From assembly GCA_964016885.1 (NCBI GenBank), contig OZ024743.1, positions 297,600,001 to 297,664,000 of the forward strand: a stretch of DNA of 64,000 nt. The letters are read 5' to 3'. Positions 58,173 through 64,000 of this stretch are shown in pieces. Positions within the stretch are counted from its first letter, which is position 1. Each line of letters starts with the position of its first letter. Source of the DNA: Eledone cirrhosa. Taxonomy: Eukaryota. The notes under the pieces are model-generated. The model ran no database searches. It was not told where the DNA came from and was given only the letters and a program-made list of their open reading frames with translations. Position numbers and translations under genes: made by a program.

Positions 58173-58962
58173 TGTGTAAAGAGGTATAAACGTTAGAATA
58201 TGTGTAATAAGGCCACTCCACATAAGAATAAAAGAACACCTCAATACTAACGCTTCCTCATTTAAGAAACACCTAGTTAAATGCAAAAACACTGATAAAA
58301 ACATAACAGTTAGGATAGAAACTAAAGAAAGAAACCTCGGCAATCTTAGAATCAAGGAAGCACTCATTATAGATAGAACACATCCACCAATCAATAATAG
58401 ACTAGAGCTCAACACCCAATTTATAACCTGATAGGGCCTCTAGCCCCACTTTACGCACCCCACACACACGCACGCGCACACCTCCACTTATTCTCTCTCA
58501 CACATACACACACAAAACCAGTTCTAACACTAGATAACACCTACCCCCCACTTTTACGATTAGACCTATCTTCCCACACTCACACACACACACCCACATA
58601 CCTACACCTTCATGCTTTCTCCCACACACATATACAGGCACGCATATAAAATTTAAAAAACACAACAAAAACAATAACAAACCCCTCTTAAAGGGAGACT
58701 ACTCTTTACCCACCTAATTTTAATTCTTTGATATTAAAGTTAGAACTCTATACTATTTCCGGTCAGCATGGCTTCATTGGAAATTTAAGACGCTGGTCTG
58801 AGACTTTTACTTCCCCCCGAAGAAGAGATATTATCTCGAAAATTAAGGACATTTAAATAAATTCAAGGTGAAAGACGAATTCTCATCAATATCTCTCACT
58901 ATTGCATTCTTTTTTCTATGTCCATATCTGCATTGTCTTGGCCTTATTACACATATTCTAAC

Positions 58963-59030
<68 letters not shown>

Positions 59031-59199
59031 TTCTTATTCGTGAAAAATTATCTCCATAACCAACGCAATACTTTTTGCCTACCCCCACACCAACGGTCGA
59101 ATCTGTTTTAACAAAGAAAGTGAGGTCTGAAAAAAGAAAGAAAAAGATAAGAAAGAAAAGCAGACAGAAATTGAATCTTTGGCCAGATGGTGTGTCTTA

Positions 59200-59600
59200 G
59201 CGGCAGCTTGTGGACAAGAGAGTGAATGTATTGCTGGAAATAGCCAGCGATACCAGCTGCATCAGTCTGTCCACCTTGCGAAGCTATTTCCTCAGGTGAG
59301 ATGCCCTTGTCCTGAAGTAGTGGAGGAGATGCTACCAGAGGTTACAATGGCGAAAACACAAAACGAAAATGGTCTAAGTCTTAGTATTTAGTCATGAGTC
59401 AGCTCCTTTGTGCTGCGGGCGGCAGAGCGCGGTTTCGTAGCCGAAGCGGCGTTCGCATTCCAAACTTGTTGAAACAATGTTTGATTGATGAATGTTTCCT
59501 AAGAGTACAGTCTTGAGTTCGATTTTTCCTATTGACAAGGATCAAGAAAGAAATGCTGAACAATGTGTCATCGATGTTAGATATTTCCCGCATCTGTCAG
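59200..59600 (-). pseudogene. Possible very decayed PLE RT fragment
   Basis: IDDT followed by SISFL.LVNRK resembles YIDDT..LPFLD.LV.R. Confidence 0.3.
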
Positions 59601-59816
59601 TTTAGCACCATCAACCCACCATCTAGTTAGTCCAGGTACCTTTAACATCATCCATTCTATTGCAAGCATTCTGACTAGCTCTTGTCTCACTTGCAATATT
59701 TCTCCCTCATATTACCATCTCCCACTTTAACCTCACCCTATGTACTATCTCTCTTTCTGTCTCTGTCTATGTCTGTCTGTCCCCCCCCCCCTTTTTCCTC
59801 CTCTCTTTCTCTCTCG

Positions 59817-59861
<45 letters not shown>

Positions 59862-60330
59862 TAGAACTTTCTCTCGGCCTTTCTCTGCTACTACAAAATC
59901 CTACTTCCGCACAACTCTGCTGCCGCCACCACTTCAAATGTTTTTCCTTGATACCCACCGCCCCTCAAACTCTTTCTTCCTTCTCCCTTCTTTCTCGCTG
60001 CCACCAACCTAACTCCCGCTTTATCCTACCCCCAACTCCTACCTCCTTATCCTCCCCCTACTCCGCCACTACTTCACCACTGTTTCACTTCACCCACCCC
60101 GCCGTCGCAATCACTTCAACTCTCTTCCACTTTATTCTCCACCACCCGTCGCCGCCATTGCGCCCCCTCACATCACTGTAATTAATATCGTCCGTTGATT
60201 AAAGGACAAAAGATGTTCTGTACACTGGAAATAGTCAGGAGACTGAAGTTAAAGATAAACAAGTAAACCTATCCCATCAATACCGTCTTCAGCACTTTCT
60301 CCCTTTAGACACACACACACACACACACCA

Positions 60331-60391
<61 letters not shown>

Positions 60392-60395
<4 letters not shown>

Positions 60396-63300
60396 GACGG
60401 CTAAGTGATGAACCTTGTTACTCTGTAGACTCACAGGATCATCAAACATATGTATGTATATATGTATGTATATGTTATCTCTTTCTCTTAATTTCGAGTA
60501 TATTTTTTTGACCGGCCACCTTCCTGGTGGCAAGGTTGTAAAAGAAAAGAAATTGTCATCCCTTGAATCACAAGAATGTTTTGCAAATTTTGAAGGTGCC
60601 AGCTATCGCAGCCATTTGTAGACTATGAATTAGGGAGCTGCGCTCTTTGTCCGCAAATCCAAGTTCAGTCATACTGTCCGCAAATCCAAGTTCAGTCATA
60701 CTTTGGTCCAAACGGGTTGGTATATAACCCGTAGCTCCAATAATGATGGGTATGAAGCTAAAGGTGTATCTTGGATACTGGATTTGTAAACTCCTCATCA
60801 ATGGTCCGTAGATGTCCTCCTTCTCCTGTATTTTTCTGACAACGTTTACATCAAGTGGGCAGCTGATCTCCATAACAGAACACGTTTTCAATGTGTGGTC
60901 CCAAACAACAATATCAGGTCGGTTGTGCTTTAATTTGGTGGCAGTTTTTATTTTCAGGTTCCACCAGTATTCCTTAGTGCCATCTGTCTCAATATATTCT
61001 TCCTCGTCTGTTGTTAATTTTGTTTTCCGAAATGCGTTCTAGCTATCCCATCGTGTCTCATGGAGAGGTAGTAGCGAGATGACATTCTTTCGCAGCTGGC
61101 AACAATGTGGCTTACATCCTCGATCTTTGTTTTACATAGCCTACATTTATTGTCAGCTAATGGCCCTCCCTTTTTGTGCAGCAGATATTTGGTAGGGAGT
61201 TCTTGTTCCTGTATTGCATAGAGATATCCCTCAAGGTGTGATGTCATAAACTTGTCGGAACTCCATGCCAGGCTTTTTGAGTGGTTTATCCCCTCTATGG
61301 TCTGTGTTTTACGTCTCAAGTATCCATACACAACTTTTTCTGTAAATTGGTCAATTTGTTCATCTTGTTTGAACATTGAATAGGATCTTCCGATTTCTCT
61401 GGGTGAGAGATTTATATCAGGCTTTATTCCATATCTCTCCTCCAGATCAGTGGCTATTCTAATGATATATTTTTTTCATGCTCATAAACCTGGGCAAGAT
61501 GGTTGCCAACCTTTTTCCTCTTTTGAAGGTGTTGCTTCAGTGTTACTATCCGGGTCTCACATGATGTTAATATGGATTTTAGAACCCGGCCACCTTCCTT
61601 GCGTGAGAAGTATAGCCAATCCACATCACCATTGATGTTAAAGTTCCCAGTAACACTGAGAAGTTTGCGAGTTCTAACATCCATCTCACTTAGTTCTTGC
61701 AATGACCAGTTCAGCAGGCCAAATGTTGGCGTTAGAATTGGCACAGCATAAGTATTGTGGGCAATGTATTTGTTGTACGCTGACAGTTCTGATGACCATA
61801 TTTTCTTTACTCTTCTGAGGTATTCAGTTCTGGTTCTCTCCTTATTTATAGGCCCATCATATCTGACATTCTCATCCTGTCCAAGATATCTGTAGTTGTC
61901 ACCTGACTGTAGAGGTTGTATTGTCAGGCCGTTCATCTCTAGATTTCTAGAGGAGGGCACAGCTCTTCCACGTTTTACTGCCAAATATGCACACTTGGAC
62001 TCACCAAATTTCATTTTGATGTCTGTTGAAAATTGTGTAATGAGCTCCAATTGTTTCTTGATGTCATTGATATTTGGCCCATACAACTTCAGGTCATCAA
62101 CAAAGAAAAGATGGGAGATACTTCTGGACCCACTTCTTTGTCCACCTTGTTTCCTGAGTAGGTAAGATAGTGGATTTAGTGAGGGAACGAAGAGTAGCAC
62201 TGACAAGCTATCACCCTGAAAGATGCCCTTCTGGTAATGTATCTTATCAGTCTTAACTAACTCCTTCTCACCTCTAAGGATCAAATTGGTGTACCAGTTC
62301 TTGGTCAGACGTTCAACAGAAGCTACCAGTGGTTGTGGGACTTTGGCTAACTGTAAAGCCTTAACAATCCACCCATGAGGTACACTATCAAATGCATTTT
62401 GATAGTCCAGCAACACCACAGTCACGTTTCTGCGATTCTTTGTTGTTTTTTCTTGAATCATTTTATTAGTTAGTAGGTGATCTATGCAACCCCACACCTC
62501 CCTCTTTCCACCAGCTTGCTCAGGTGTTATGATGTTGTTGGTAGCACAGTGATCCTGTAGGAACAGGTTAAGGCACCCAGTATATAATTTATACATGATG
62601 TTTTGGCAGGCTATTGGGCGGTAATTTTTAGCAAGGGTGGTTTGGCTATTTTGGGGAATGAGGAGAGTAGTGGCAGTTGATAACCATCTGGGCAGTTCTT
62701 GTGTGCCTTTAATGGTTCCTGTAAATAGCCGTATGAGATCTTGCCGATAGAAAGTGAAATTCTTCAACCAGTATCCTGTAATGAGGTCTGGGCCTGGTGA
62801 TTTCCTATTCGACATTTTCTGTAGAGCTGTTTCCAGTATTGACCCATCTATGTCATATTGTTTTGTCTGGACATGTTGGCAGTAGTCCTGTTCCAGTTCT
62901 TTTAGCCAATTAGTTTGTCTGTTGAATCCGTCATCCGTTTCCCATACAGATCTCCAGTAGCTCTCAACCTGTTCTTTTGAAGGGGTGTCATTTACAGGGA
63001 TTGAGCTTTTGCCACCGAAGCTGCGATAAACTGATTTAGGATCTCTGGCAAACAATCTATTTAGCACTTGTCGTTTATGTGCTGTTGACTTATATTTTAG
63101 TCTTTTTGTTGTAGCTGTGATTTGTTGTTTCAACTGGTGTAATTTAGAGTTCAAAGTTTTAAATTTTGTATCTCCAAATCGTCTCTCTAACTTTTTTCTT
63201 ATGTCTTCCTGGTGTCGTGTGAAGTTGCTCTCTATGTTGCATTTCATAACGACTGCGATGTGTGAGATACTTCGTCTCAGGGACAAAATTTTGCTTTTTA

Positions 63301-64000
63301 AATTTCGCATCCACGCTGGTCCAGGCTTTTTGTTTGTATCTTAATTGCGTGGTTTTAGATGTGTGTTATATGATAGCAATGTGACAGCTGAAACATATAA
63401 CAAAATATTAAGCGTTTCAAATGTCGTTTCTACACCTTTAGATCGTATAGCCTTCAGATAATTGCCAGCTATTTCGTTCACCGCTTCCAATTTCAATTTA
63501 GTGGGTTCTTTAATGATTCTGGTGTTGTATGGTCTGTCACTCACAGTAAGGCTGTGTATCTTTTGAAACATATCGTCCCATATCACTTGTAATGTGTCCA
63601 CAAGATTTTGGTGTTCTGTTTGTACAGTAGAGTCATGAATTTCAGCCTCGTTGTTGGCAATTACTACTAGAGTTAGTTGACCATTCTCGTTGTTCTTCAG
63701 TGGAAGTGGGATGGATTTCAGCAAAATTGTTGGTGAGCTGTTCACTGTTAGATTTAGCTGGCCATTCTCTTTGTCTGTCAGTGGAGGTGAGGTGGTTGTC
63801 TACAAGGGCTGTATTTGTAGTATCACTCAATTCCATTAGATGTATCAATTTACATCTAATGATACGTGTTGCCTGTTCATTTAAATGCTTTGGAGAAAAG
63901 TCTAATTCTGGGTGTTTGGAGTTCCATAAGTTTTTAGCCTTTGCATAAAACCGAACTTTTGGGGTTCAGATTGTTTGTATGCTTCATATAATTCTTTGTT
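60392..64000 (-). mobile_element. R4/Dong-like RLE non-LTR retrotransposon, frameshifted; continues beyond the window; 3' end abuts (TA)n
   Basis: KSPGPD, NYRPIAC, LDYQNAFDSVPH, GIFQGDSLS, FVDDLKLY, YRYLG (61454-63310); CRLC..SHIVASC..RHD (61014-61376); RPDIVVWD..EISCP..K..Y REL nuclease (60568-60930). Confidence 0.9.

Larger units (their letters stand above)
55011..58967 (-). mobile_element. Full-length Penelope-like element: inverted pLTR (58212-58967) + partial pLTR (58143-58214) + ORF + 3' pLTR (to 55011)
   Basis: 55011-55082 matches 58143-58214 directly. 58212-58967 is the reverse complement of 55052-55808 with very few differences. (TA)n at both ends. Confidence 0.95.

Noticed and set aside
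58173-58415. Hydrophobic 81-aa N-terminal extension of the 941-aa PLE ORF (and twin ORF 55606-55830 +)
   Set aside because: Mostly the antisense of the element's own C-terminus brought in by the inverted pLTR, and it starts at TTG. The real start is most likely ATG 58172.

Overview
AT-rich, microsatellite-saturated animal genomic DNA; the SINE, microsatellite and gene content suggests a cephalopod such as octopus (inference). There is one host gene, a two-exon minus-strand vanin/biotinidase (C-N hydrolase, symplectin-related) gene: exon 1 29373-29131, ~18 kb intron, exon 2 11082-9694. Its catalytic Lys and Cys appear to be replaced by Arg and Ser. The rest is mobile DNA: three Penelope-like elements (PLEs; one apparently intact, 860 aa RT + GIY-YIG), a Tx1/L1-like LINE, R4/Dong-like RLE LINEs, a mariner/Tc1 fragment, a decayed RepHel Helitron and many tRNA-derived SINEs. 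The most striking signal not shown by the ORF track is about 20 minimal type-I hammerhead ribozyme motifs from several sequence families. They sit in PLE pseudo-LTRs and in short non-coding, often fold-back (palindromic) elements, mostly embedded in (TA)n tracts. Inside the host intron, the sense-oriented hammerheads are crippled while several antisense ones keep intact cores. The intron also carries an inverted copy of exon 1 and its splice donor that could pair with the pre-mRNA. Nearly all small [12 protein letters not shown] ORFs are microsatellite artefacts. All coordinates were read by eye and may be off by a few bases.
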